From: the human T2T-CHM13v2.0 reference genome, Homo sapiens
NCBI RefSeq assembly: GCF_009914755.1
Contig: NC_060933.1
Strand: one strand, 5' to 3'
DNA: 64,000 bases
Positions 13,490-26,725 of this stretch are shown one piece after another. Numbering within the stretch: the stretch's first letter is position 1; every line of letters begins with the position of its first letter. The notes below the pieces were generated by a model. That model was not told the DNA's origin. It did not search any database and saw nothing but the letters and a program-made list of their open reading frames with translations. The position numbers and the translations under genes are program-made.

Positions 13490-14340
13490 CCATATCCTAT
13501 AATATGAAGAGATCTTGAAATTTAAGAAGAGGAAAAGAAACTGCCCAGCAGAAAAACAGATGGAAGATATAAATGGAAACTCAACAAAAGAAATATGAAC
13601 AGCTAATGAATTCTTTGTATTTTTGTCATTAGTTATTGAAGAAATGCAAATTCAAATAGATTTATTCAACTATTCGATTGCCAAAATAAAAAAAATAAAT
13701 AAAAAGACTGATTATATCCAGTGTCAGAGTAAACAAAGAAACAAAACATTAAAGCATTATTGCTGGGCATATGAAATGGTACAACCTTTCTAGAGAACAC
13801 TCTGATAATTGATAAAAATATTCTAAATGTACCCAGCATTTACTCAGCAATTCCACACCTAGGAATTCATATAAAGAAAATAATTGGACAGCTACACAAA
13901 GATGCACATACATGCCAAAATACTGTATAGGATACCACCCAAATGTCTACGTAGAGAATTGTTTAAATACATGATACATACATACAATGCTAATAAAGAT
14001 ACAAAATTTTATTCATTACCATTAAAAGATGTTCAAAATATGAGTGTGAAAGTAAAAAAAAAATGGTATGACCCAATTTTCATAATAAACTTTGATTTGT
14101 AGGAGAAAAGAGCACATACACACACAAGCAGAAGCACACCCAAGAGTGCCAGAGTGAGCACATATGCACTCACGGAGAAATCCCGAGAAGACATGACAAT
14201 AATGCTCAAGCAGATATGTAGTCATCTGTGAGCACAAGAACATACATATTTTTACTTTCTTTGTACGTTTCTGTATTTTCTGAATGCTTCCCATTAAGCA
14301 TATATAAACTTTTATAATTGCAATTTAATAAAATTGTTTT
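13490..14340 (+). mobile_element. Old L1 (L1ME-like) 3' region
   Basis: AAATGGTACAACCTTTCTAGAG...CTCAGCAATTCCACACCTAGGAATT motifs. Confidence 0.65.
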
Positions 14341-16625
14341 CACTTAAAATAATGTCAACTGTCATAAGCATGAACAGGTTCTGTGAACTTTGAATGTTAA
14401 TTACGTTTAATATAAAATATTGCCCAAAAAGCAGCTGATATGGATACTGAATGAAGATTTACATTTTATTCCTTTTTCAAACGATGGATTCAAAATCATA
14501 AAACCCTCATAGTTGTTTCTATTCACATATATTAGAACTGGGAATTTACTGTAAAATGTCACTTAAAAATGAAAATGAAACAGATATGTATAAGTGTTAC
14601 AAGATATGCTAAGTGTGCTATATTATATGTCTTTGAATAACTTGCATATGTAAGGGCCTAGAGACCTTGATTCTGTAACTGAAAAAAAAAATCCAGCATC
14701 ACTTGGTATGTCCACTTGGGAGCTTATTAACTTATGCTTATTATTTACACAGTATAATGGGAATTCTCAATTAGCTATGGGTAGACTATCCACAACCAAT
14801 CTTGCTTTTGAGTTTAGCCATTGTACCAAGAGTATAAGCAGTTTAGCTATTTGCTTCATAGATCTCTCAGCTGTTTATTTTGCATTATGCCAGGATTCAG
14901 CAAAAATAAATACTTAAAATCAATTATTCCACTTGGATAGTGGATGGGCAGGCAAGTGGGCAGCTACTACTCTCAGGGCTGAGCCTGAGTATCACCCAGA
15001 TACACCACTACCCGACCCCCAAACAGAAGACTTTGGGAAATGTTTAGGGTCATTTTAGTTGTCACAATGATGCAGGGAGGGGAGTGATTCTAATGCCATT
15101 TTGGCCCAGAGATGCCAAATATGCTGCAACATGGGGTACCCCACCAAGATATGTCCAATCTATAATAACAATAGTGTCCCTGTTGAGACAGGTACCATTT
15201 TCTTGCTCAATGTTGTATTTCCAGACTACTGCATAACAGGTATTAAATAAATATTTGTTGAATAAAACCAATATATGCAATTTATGGCACTGAATGAGAC
15301 ACAGATAATACAAAGGAGGGAAAAGAAGTGACAACAGAGAAACCAGATTCTACCTCTACCTAAGACAGGCCATAGTGGCCGGGCTCTGTTATACTTAGGG
15401 GAACTCTATAATCAGACACATTGATACCTAAGATACTTATAAAAGCACAATAATTCACATTGAAATCCAGATTATAGATATCCAGGTATATGCTTTCCTC
15501 TATTAGTAAAGATCAGCAACTGTATCAGTTGAAGACATACATACCAGTGCCAATCTTGCCGTGGCAACACTAGTTTAAGAATACGGTTTCTGGGGTAAAC
15601 TGCTGGGTTTGAGTCTGATTTTATACATGCATTACCTGAGTAAATTACTTGATATCTTAACATAGTATTTATAAACTTGGGAATTTACCTCATGTCTTCT
15701 AGTATAAACCTTCTCATCTACAAAAATGGAGTAACGAAACAAGTTCACCACCCCCTACTCTAAATCTATGGGCCAGATATATTACACAACTCAAAATTTT
15801 TTGAATTTTGTGAATACCAAATATATATATAACATCCCAGGTGAATATAGGGCAGCAACTCATAATCATACACACTAATGTTTCTGTAGCAAAAAATAAA
15901 AACAATGTTGCAGATGTAGGATATATAAAGACCTTTACATAGCTTCATCTCACTTAGTTCAGGTTTTTCAGCCAAATTAGTTTGCTATAAATATAGGAAA
16001 CCATTTTCAAACCCTTTGAATTTCAGAAATGAATATAAAAGATCATGGATATATAGAACCTACTGCCCTCGGAGACAGCACATAAAAATTAAATGAGTTC
16101 ATATAAGGTGCTTACCTCAGTGCCTGGCACACAACTAGCACTTAATAAATACTAGTTATTGTTATGAATGTTAGCTAGCTAGTGTATGAAATACAAGACA
16201 ATGCAAGGTAGCTAAAGGAGTCAGTAGACTTACAGAGAAAGGGGTGGGTAGGGATGAGGAGTGGTCAGAGGGACCTAAGATAACTACGCTAATCAAAATA
16301 AAACAAAATGAGAGCTGATTAACCATAAATTGCAAGAAAATAATGTATCTGCCACATTTAACTCTTAAGTACACATTTACTTCCTTTTGATAGATGGGAG
16401 TTTCTCCAGAAGTTAGTATCTGAAAACATTTAGTATTTTCTACTTCACATGTGGTTTTCTACTTACAACTCTGTGTAGCTTTCTTACTAAAAGCGGATCA
16501 AGTTTTTGAAGATTTTTAATCAAGGTAGGACCAAAACTGGTTTCTCCCTAAGGTAATAAAGCAATTAAGTTTTTGTTGCCTACCACAGAATATAGTAAAA
16601 TTTGGGCAGTTAAATAGTAAACAAA

Positions 16626-16943
16626 GGCTGGGTGCAGTGGCTCAACCTGTAATCCTAACCCTTTGGGAGGCCAAAAAGGAAGGCTCACTTGAGGACAGGA
16701 GTTCAAGACCAGCCTGAGCAACATAGGGAGACACCCCCCCCCACCCCATCTCTACAGAAAGAAAAGGAAAAAAAAAAGCTGGGCATGATGACACACCTCT
16801 AGTCCTAGCTACTTGGGAGGCTCAGGCAGGAGGCTGAAGCGGGAAGACTGCTGGAGCCAGGGAGTTCAAGGCTTCAGTGAACTATGACGGTATCACCGCA
16901 CTCCAGTCTGGGAAACAGAGCAAGAGCCTATCTCAAAACAAAA
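16626..16943 (+). mobile_element. AluJ
   Basis: Diverged dimeric Alu. Confidence 0.9.
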
Positions 16944-17665
16944 TTAATTAAATTAATAGTAAATACAAAAAATAAAAATAAAAAACATACTGAAAACCAT
17001 TTCCCCTTGGAAATGACTGGAGTTAAATCTGCCCCTATACCACCTCCCTGTTCTATTGGTTTTTCCTAACCCAATCTACTGAAGAAACTTTTACATTTAT
17101 ATAAGAAATGAATGAAACTATTACTTCTGAAGCACTATTCTGTGCCAGGCACTGGATTACACACTTTGCATAAGTCCTTTACTTAATTTTCACAAGTCTT
17201 CAAGGTAACAATTAATGTCCTCATGTTACATAAGAATATTGAATTAGTAAGTGAGTGAACCAATAGTCAAACTCAGGTTTGACTCACTCAAAAAGCCATG
17301 AGCTGCTTACGCTAGACCACTTTGCCAAAGGATACTGCTTCATTCTAACATTGTTGACTAATTTTTTGCTTCCCTCTGTATTTGTTATCAATTATTTTTA
17401 AAGTGTACATAATACGGAATTTGTAATCTCTCTCAGAATAAAAGAATTTTAGTTCTGTCTATAATCCCAAATTTGAAATGAACTTGTAATTTTTATCTTA
17501 GTTTATCTCTGAAAAACAATTTAAAATCTGCAAAAATTACATGCATCATCTTTAGTTATAAGAGAATATTCATAAATACATAGCAATACATTTCCAAGCA
17601 ATTAGCATCAGAATTATAATCCAAGAACTTTAAACCTGGTAAAGACTTTAAGAATAATAGATATT

Positions 17666-17994
<329 letters not shown>

Positions 17995-18849
17995 TTAGAT
18001 GAATTACTAACTATTCTGGTCTTAAAAGATTTTTGTGGGGTATGACCTACCAAATATCCCTCTCTACCCTACTCCAGAGCCCAGTGAACTTTTAGGGACT
18101 GTCTTTTTTATGACAAATAAAAATCACCCTTTCTAAAAGCTTTCAAGGCAACAAGTTACGGCTCTCTTTAACATATTATGCTGCTTTTATCGATTTTAGC
18201 TGGGAGTTTGGAACAAAGAGTAAACAGAAATACAAATAAATTTGAAAACTAATTTTAAGTTCTTTCCCCTCCTTTCCTATACAAAATAGTTTCCATGGCT
18301 CCAATCTTTTCTCACTGCTGTCAATACCCATTTTTTCTGCCCTTTTCAGTGTCTCTCCAACTGCTTTATGTCCAGAATAAGCTATGGACAAAATAATGAA
18401 ACTTTATTAGTTCAGAGTGTTTAGTTTAGTACTCTCAACTAAATGCTCAAAGACCAAGTTAAAGAAAAATAATAATCACCAGCTTTTGAATATTAAACTC
18501 CGGATTCATGCTCATATCTAAAAGTACAAAATTGCTAATACATATTCAATTTGTAGAATGCTATGATTTGAGTCTAAACAGTTACTTCGAATTTGTGTGA
18601 TTAACTTCTAACCCTTATTAAACGTTATCATGTTTTTGATGGGCCCCAGATACGATTTATTTTCTATGTGCACATAAGTAATTTCATAGACTGTTACAAT
18701 AAGATTTAAATGCACATTTGGGTAAAGTGAAAACATATTTTGGAACTCATTATTATCAAAGACTCTAGAATTCTACAATATGAAAAGGGAGCCATTTCTA
18801 GAAACTATTACCATTACTCATAAATGCTATCATAACCTAGAATTTTCTC

Positions 18850-18978
18850 TTTTTTTTTAATAGAGACAGCCTCTCCCTGTGTTGCCCAGGCTGGTCTCCA
18901 ATTCCTGGGCTCAAGGGATCCTTCTACCTTGACATCCCAAAGTGCTGAGATTACAGGCACAAGCCACCATGCCCGGCC
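18850..18978 (-). mobile_element. FLAM-type Alu monomer
   Basis: Single left monomer with T-tail; TSD TAGAATTTTC. Confidence 0.85.
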
Positions 18979-21191
18979 TAGAATTTTCAAAGTTCTATAA
19001 ACAGACAATAGCTTATGGAAATTACTTTTAACAACCAATGTACTTAATTAAATACCAGGCTTGGGGTTATGAAATTCAAGCAATATTTTAAGCTGTACAA
19101 AGAATGAGGATATTTACTAATGTCATTTTAAGCCCAAGACATGCTATGTTTAATATGGACAGTTTCTATTTTGATTTTTATAATTTTTCACATTTACATT
19201 TTTAAAACTATACTACTCTTTAAAGACCAATTGTTATTGGCCCTGGTAAAAGGTTAGTAACTTGTATATCCTGTGTACAGTATTAAGTCAGAAACTATTA
19301 GTTGGAAAGCAATAAAAGTAAAGTAAACTGCCAAGAGTGTAATTCTTATTTCTATATCCACGATGCCATTAGAAAAAGCAGCATATAACTTTGATCATCA
19401 CTTCTAGCAACTGCAATAACAAAAAGAGAGGTATAGATTACTACTCTAATTTACAGTCCTTCCACCTAGAAAAGCAATATAGAGAGCAGCTTCGAAACCC
19501 TGTCTCCCAGTAAAGTACTACTCAGAGTCCTAATTTAAGAAAAGACAAAAATGGACCTGCTCTGCTTCCAATTATCCCTCCAAAGGTGTCCCCTGAAAAT
19601 TCAAGTTATTAAAAATATGATTTAAAAATTATTAATAGAGTAGATACAAATTCTAGAGTAAGAGTCAAAAGATCTGGAAAAGTGTTTCTTGACCTTTCTA
19701 TCTCAAGTTTCCTCATCCTAAATTTGGAAACAATTCCTTCCCCATATAACTTACTGTTGGGAAAAGCTAAATAAGATGCTACACACAAAAGAGCTTTGTA
19801 AAGCATGACCTTTGTGTAGCATGACCTATTGAAAATATGAGGCGTATTATAATTACTGTTCTATAGGCTAGGCAATATTTTAAAATAAACGTGCTTCTTT
19901 TCCTACCACTCCCGTTCCCAAGATACTTCCTTACTTCACATACTACAAAGGAGTTTAATGTTATCAAAATGAAAAGAGGTCCAAAAATCAAATTGAAAGA
20001 GAAAAAGAGGGAAGGAGAAACACATATAGAATTGTTCTCTACTGCTTCTCTCAGATAATTTAAGATAAGCTCATTTCCTATTACTTTACCAAGAGAAGGA
20101 CTTCACCAACACATCTATTGATTAATTTCCTCTAAACTATTTTTGATAAATAAGTTTGTAAGTACTTTTAATAAAAGTATACTATGGAAACGCTTTTCTG
20201 CAAATCCATAAAAAGATTCACAATTATTAGGTATAATATCAATGTCCATAGTCAGATATCTTCAATCATGAAAACTCAGTGATAAGGGAAAAGAACGTCC
20301 AACTGGTTTGTTTGACACAGACAACTCAAATGGTTTGAGAAATATAATAAAACTGTAATTATTTCCTAGGAAAACTACTTAAAAGAGTTAGTACTAAGTC
20401 CCTTTAAATATACTACCTATGATAAAGATTATTGTAACTCTGAAATTGTAACTTCTATACATAAATGCAATTACTAACTATAAATAATGTTGTCAAGGCC
20501 TTAGACACAAAACTACTCAATTTCTCTTTCAACCTTATATCCATAAAATTGTAGAAAATGCATAGGGGAATTTTTGATGTACTTTACAGAGGACTTACGC
20601 AGAACCACAAGTTTGAAATGGAGGTTACAGCTTCAGCTTATTTCTCTTGAGCTTTGTCTCTTAACTAGCAGATTGAGTGTTTATCTTCCCAAAGAAACTA
20701 GAGTATCCTCCATGGCTGCTAAAACAAAGACCATATATCAAATTGAAATAAGGAGTACCTTGTTCCCTGTGAAGACTGATGGATTCTATTTCATCATCAC
20801 ATCTTTGATTGAAACAACATGAACACAATTTTTAGAACTTAGAAATTAAAGTGTAGTATTTAAAGATAAATTATTAATACTTTTCAAAAATTTACCAGAT
20901 TATACATGCTTAAAAAAAAGTAAATCACATGATTATTTTTAAATAATACCAATTTTAATAATATAAGCTTCATTTATTAAAAATTAAGAAACATTAAAAT
21001 AGCAATGTTTGATCATCCTCAATGGGCTGGCAATTGCATTTCAACTCTTTGGAAAGGTAAGGAAGTAATTTGGATGCAAACATAACCTCAAAGACCAATG
21101 ATGACAGCTTACAAGTACTCACAGACACTATGCCTATCCCTCTGACACCCTTCCCACCTATCCACCCCACCCTGACTCCTGCTTTTTTCAC

Positions 21192-21277
21192 CTTTCTGAA
21201 TGGCAGTGGAAGGCCTGTCTTTAAAGTACTGTTTGTAGTGGAAGCAGAAGTTCACACAAACAAGCTGCTGCATCTTC
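21192..21277 (-). other. RFX3: Candidate 86-nt alternative 5' cassette exon of RFX3 containing an ATG
   Basis: Acceptor TTTTGTTATGTAG|GAAGATG, donor AAG|GTGAAA; an alternative donor TCT|GTGAGT would end the exon at 21123. Unique sequence. Confidence 0.55.
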
Positions 21278-22101
21278 CTACATAACAAAACTATTATTGA
21301 GTAGTAGAGTAGGGGAATTATGACATCAGCAGTATATTAACCAATTACTCTACCAAATACTTAATATCTACTGATAAGCCTGCTACTGTATCATTGGCTT
21401 AATTTCATAAAGTCAACTATTATTTTTCTACCTTTAATTGAAACTTCCTTTGATATAGGCTTAATGTTTAGTCTATGAAACCACTATGAAAATATATGTG
21501 GCATATACACTTATTTGACTGCCATTTTAGAATGACAAACCCATACATCACACAGGGTCACATATGGGTATCAAAGGACAGGAAAAGACTAACCTATGAG
21601 TCTCATATTTGTGCTCTCAAAGCACTCTGAGTAGTGCCTGAAAATTTTACATTATTGGAGTTCCAGTGCTCTTTCTTTATTGTTCCTCTATAAAACTCTG
21701 TGTGGCAGTTATGACTTTTAAATGCAGCATGACCTTAATCCTACCTGGGGCAGGATTGGTTGGGATGGGAAGTTGGTAGGTGGAAAGGAAGGAATTCTCT
21801 TCTGGTTTTTACAGCACCACCGAAAGCTAGGTTAACTGAAGCATTTAAAAATATAAACTGAAAACACATAACTATGTAAATAATACTGTTTTCTTGAAAA
21901 CATATATAGTAGTGATAGAAAATAAAGTTCTTCACCATATTAACTATTGCCAACCATCAAGAAAGGAAAAACATCAAAATATGAAAAAAGAAAATTACTA
22001 TTGAAAAAATTCAGACATGAGACTCCATATATGACATCTGAAAATACTCTGTATTATGTACACACAGTTCATTATTTATAAAGAACATGTGTTCAAATTA
22101 C

Positions 22102-22168
22102 CTCATATTCCTTCCAGAGCCAAACTCAACGTATTCTCTACCATAAAATGCCAGAATGACCAAGTGGC
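22102..22168 (-). other. Candidate 67-nt alternative 5' exon
   Basis: Acceptor TTCTTGCTTTTAATATTTTAG|G and donor GAG|GTAATT. Confidence 0.4.
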
Positions 22169-25100
22169 CTAAAATATTAAAAGCAAGAACAATTAGTTCA
22201 CATTAAAAATGAATTTTTTGATATGTAGAAGCCATGTGACTATTTAAAATTATTAAGTTTATAGATAAGTATTAATTATATTAATTACATAACTGAATTA
22301 TTTTAGAAGTATTTCTTCACATGAATGCACTGATATTTTTAGATGTTTCTGATTTAGCCAAAAAAGATACTGTTTTTGATTTTACATGAGAGAATTTTTA
22401 GTTTTCAAAGAACTATAATTCAAAGAATAATCATAGTATTGTAATAATAAGAAATATAAATTAGGGGAAATCTCAGAAAAAGCATTCTTTAAAAGAATAT
22501 GTGCTTTTAAACTGTGAAGATGAGAGAGCAAACAATTCTGAAAATCACCCTGCTAATTTCTTGTAGAGAAGCAAAAGTGAGAATGATTTAGCAGCTGACA
22601 TGCATTTGCTCATTCCTTAAAAATAATTTAGTTTTATAGAAATTTTTAAAAGAAAGATCTTTTGTTCAAGGAAGGAGAATACACAAGTTATTTTTAAACT
22701 AATGATCTTTATTGGCTAATAAAGTAAATGTGGAGTAGCAATGATATACAAACATACTTACATGTATGTGTTTATGTATGTTCCCTAAATTTGGCCCATG
22801 ATATCAGAGATCAACTTATTACAACGTATATCTGATAATTTAGTTAACTATAAAGAGCATCGTAGTTACCCGGCATGATTTGGCTTTACCTTTTTTCTTT
22901 AAAGGTAAAGGTGACATTAAGTGACAGTTGCCATAAATTTTTATATTGCTCCATTAGACATAGAAAAGTAACAAAGCAAACAGGCACAGCTGAGTATATA
23001 TGAATAGGCAACAGTCTAAATACACATATTTGAGATTACTTGAAGAAGACAGGACAAGGATCACTAAAACAATCACAGGTGTTTGCTGTGTATTTAGGTG
23101 ATAACAAACCAGATACATCAAAAATGTAATAATCTACAATAATCAACACACTTGGATTCTCGAAAAGAATTTGGCAATTTTAACCATATTATTACATTTT
23201 CTTACTTTACTCTCAGTATATTTTCTGACATGAGGCCTTATATGTTATTAACTAAACGACTACACAATACTTCTTAACAATTTTGAGCAACATGAGTCAA
23301 ACATATCTGCAGTTATAAATGTTTATAATTCACCCTACTCCATTACTTCTAATCCTTTTCTCCTACTACCTTTCCCTATATACACCTTGCAAATATCAAG
23401 TGAAAATTTTAGGCCAGTCTACAGTCATCTGTGTTCTTCTTTCCAAATAGGTTACAAATAAAACCTATTCTTTGAACATATCTTTCACTGTTTCATATCT
23501 CATTGTGAGCAAAAACCACAGTTGCTTAGGATCTCTTTGTTTTTTATGATTACAACTTCCTCAGGTATACCAGTTTACTGATGATACAAATTTCTGTCAC
23601 TCATCTTAACTTTAAAATCCAATTCATTTCTTAAAAGTTCCTTCTTGTATATTATTCAATTATTCATTTAAGAAAGACTAGTTGTTTGGTATCACACATA
23701 CAAAAATTAAATATATAATACAGTCTCCCCATACTAATAGTTTACAGATGACCATGCTAATCGATGCTATCTACCTACAATCCAAAGTGCTACATTGGCC
23801 TCACCCACAAGACCTTATTTTCCTTGTTTCTTTCTATATTCTACAATGACTTTATTTTCATCTCTGGCACAACTATTCAAAATATCTACTCTGCCCTTCA
23901 AAATTTATTGAATCAGTACTAGATGCTTGGCAATGTGCTAGAAGGTAATTAGGTGCTGGAGGATATAACGGTGAGCAAAACATGGCTATTCTACATTCAG
24001 GTCCCATTCTACCAACTCCCAAATACTGTCCTACTTTCTCAGTGGCTCCATAATTCTCCTGAAACCCAGTGATCTTTCATCTTTTTTCACTCACATTTTC
24101 TCATACCCCATAACTAAGAGTAAATAAGCCCTGCTCATTTGACACTCATGTCAGATGTCCCTTCCAGCACAACCGTGAGACTCAGGCGAGAGGGCCCATT
24201 GCCCTTGGGCCACTCACTTTAGAGAGCTTGCTTTGGCCCTCTGGCCAGGTACCTCCTTGGGAGGCAAGAAGTCTGCACAGCCCAGGGCCATGCTCCCCGA
24301 GTCCTTCAGACTCTACTTCAGCACATTCCCAGGACCCCAAATTCCCATGCAAAGTTCTTGACTATACTCCTCATGACAGATGGAGATTCAGGCATACTCA
24401 ACTCTACGCCTACAGGGTAGTCAACAGATAGCTTGCAAGGGGTGGGGCAACATTGCCTGCAGGATGATCTTGTGGGCATGCTATGGCAAAGAGCCCAGGA
24501 TATGAAAAATGGAGGTAGACTGCAGGACACAGATGAGGTGACAAAGGGTCAGCTCTCCCTTTGCCACTATGCTCTAGAACAGAACTGCTAAAAAAATCTG
24601 AGAATTCTAAGTGGTCATTTATCTCATTATAAAGCTGTTTCTGGTCAAGTTAGGAGGTCAGAGGATGTTTGATTTAACCACTTCTTTACTGATATGCAAC
24701 ATTTAAGTATGGAGAAATATAGTGAGTGAGCTTTCATTTGTATTCTTGCTCTTATTGGTGTCGGGGTGGGCCTGATTCCCCACATCCTATTTACAAGGAT
24801 GGTTGCCCAGCCTGAATCTTCATTATAACTCATCAAATAATAACAATATTATTATTATAGTAGTAGTAGTCATAAATGTTGTATTGATAATAATTTACTG
24901 AGGGTCCTAGCATGGTGCCAGGCATCTAACCTGTTGTAGGCTCTTTCACACCCTCAGTAATATTTACAACCCCACTGGCTAGTTGTTATCTACATCTTAT
25001 CCATGAACTGAAAGTAAAAGACTAGCAGAAAAAGGATTTCAACCAAAGTCTTTCTCAATTAAAAGCCCAAGTTCTGTACCATATGCTTCCTTTCAGATGA

Positions 25101-25225
25101 TTGAGAGAGGTTCCCCTGACTTCTGATCCACTCTGCTATCTATCCTACACAGATGTGCCAGATTAATCTCCCTAAAGGGCCACTTTCATCTAAACACGTG
25201 ATCCATTTTTAAAAAATATACACTG

Positions 25226-25505
25226 GGCCAGGCGCGGTGGCTCACACCTGTAATCCCAGCACTTTGGGAGGCCGAGGCAGGCAGATCACGAGGTCAGGAG
25301 ATCGAGACCATTCTGGCTAACATGGTGAAACCCCATCTCTACTAAAAATACAAAAAATTTTCCGGGCGTGGTGGCACGCGCCTGTATTCCCAGCTACTCA
25401 GGAGGCTGTGGCAGGAGAATGGTGTGAACCCAGGAGGCAGAGCTTGCAGTGAGCCAAGATGGCGCCACTGCACTCCAGCCTGGGCGACAAAGCGAGACTC
25501 ATCTC

Positions 25506-25522
<17 letters not shown>
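25226..25522 (+). mobile_element. AluY-like, followed by a (TA)n(CA)n microsatellite to 25567
   Basis: GATCACGAGGTCAGGAGATCGAGACCAT and GAGAATGG.GTGAACC diagnostics. Confidence 0.95.
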
Positions 25523-25552
<30 letters not shown>

Positions 25553-26104
25553 CATACACACACACACTGGCTGGTTATCCTATAAACTTAGTTAAGGTCC
25601 AAATCCTAAGCCATTTCCTTTCCAGTCCATCTGCTTCACAATTTCCCAACAAGCTCTTCCAACTCTTTATACCAAAATCATACTTGCCTCTATGCCATTG
25701 TATGCTTAACCTCTTCCTCACAGCCAATAAACCTCCAAAACAACCTTTTAAGATCCATGTCCTGCTTTACCTCATCTCTGAAGGTTTCCCTAACCACTCA
25801 AGCCCATAACCCTTTTTCTTTCCATTTTTCTATACCCCCATAATACTGATAGTCTCAAAGCAGTCAACAAGTAATTAATCTATGTACTTAGTATGATGAG
25901 AGCCACAGAAGATATCACGTATCTTTTAACTTCAAATCACTTTGTGGAATTAATCTTGTTAGAAGACACTATAGAAAAAAAGACTGGTAAAGTGGCTCTA
26001 GAGACAGAGTACCTGGCTGAAAATTCTGCCTCAATCATATATTTGCATAGACTCTGGTGTTAAATTTGCATAGTATAGTAACAAGCAGCAGTTCTTTTGT
26101 GATA

Positions 26105-26725
26105 AGCAGAGTTGTTGACCTGGAACCCCTTCAGATCTTAAATTTTTTGAGAATCCCAAAGAACTTTTGTTGGGATGTGTTATATCCAGTCATGTACTGA
26201 TAAATGTTTAAAACCAACATTCCACTCTTTCCCTCCCCACCAAAAAAAGTCAGATTTGTGATTTCTACTAATTTCCATGGTGTGTATACTTCTGGAATGG
26301 CTACTTTTCAAGCTAGAAATGTGACATTCTGAATGCAGAATTAAGAAGAGATGAGCAACAGTGGCTCTCTCCAGCTGGTAAGGCTTCAGTAAATCATAGT
26401 TGTATCTATCTATACCCATCTGATTAGAAAATAAAACAGAGAAATATAATAAACATTCATTAATTTAAAATAATAGTAATCATTCTATGTTAATGTTTTT
26501 AAATTATAAAATAATCTAAATTTTCCAAAATAAAATTTGATAACTATGGAACTGGTGTACATTTTTATAAAATCCATTAATGTCTTGCTTAATAGAAGAC
26601 AGATTCTCACATCTAGTTCTGCACTCAATCTGCTGTTTTGTCTGAAGTTATGAAGAAAATGCAGCCTCACACAGGGAATTGAAAAAGGGCCTCCAGGGGT
26701 CTTCCATTCACACTTTGAGAAGCAT
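26105..26725. mobile_element. hAT-Charlie-like DNA transposon with a nested MER63-like element (about 26187-26400)
   Basis: Outer element ends CACACTTTGAGAAGCA; inner element starts CAGTCATGTACTGATAAATGTTTAAAACC, resembling the MER63 terminus. Confidence 0.5.
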
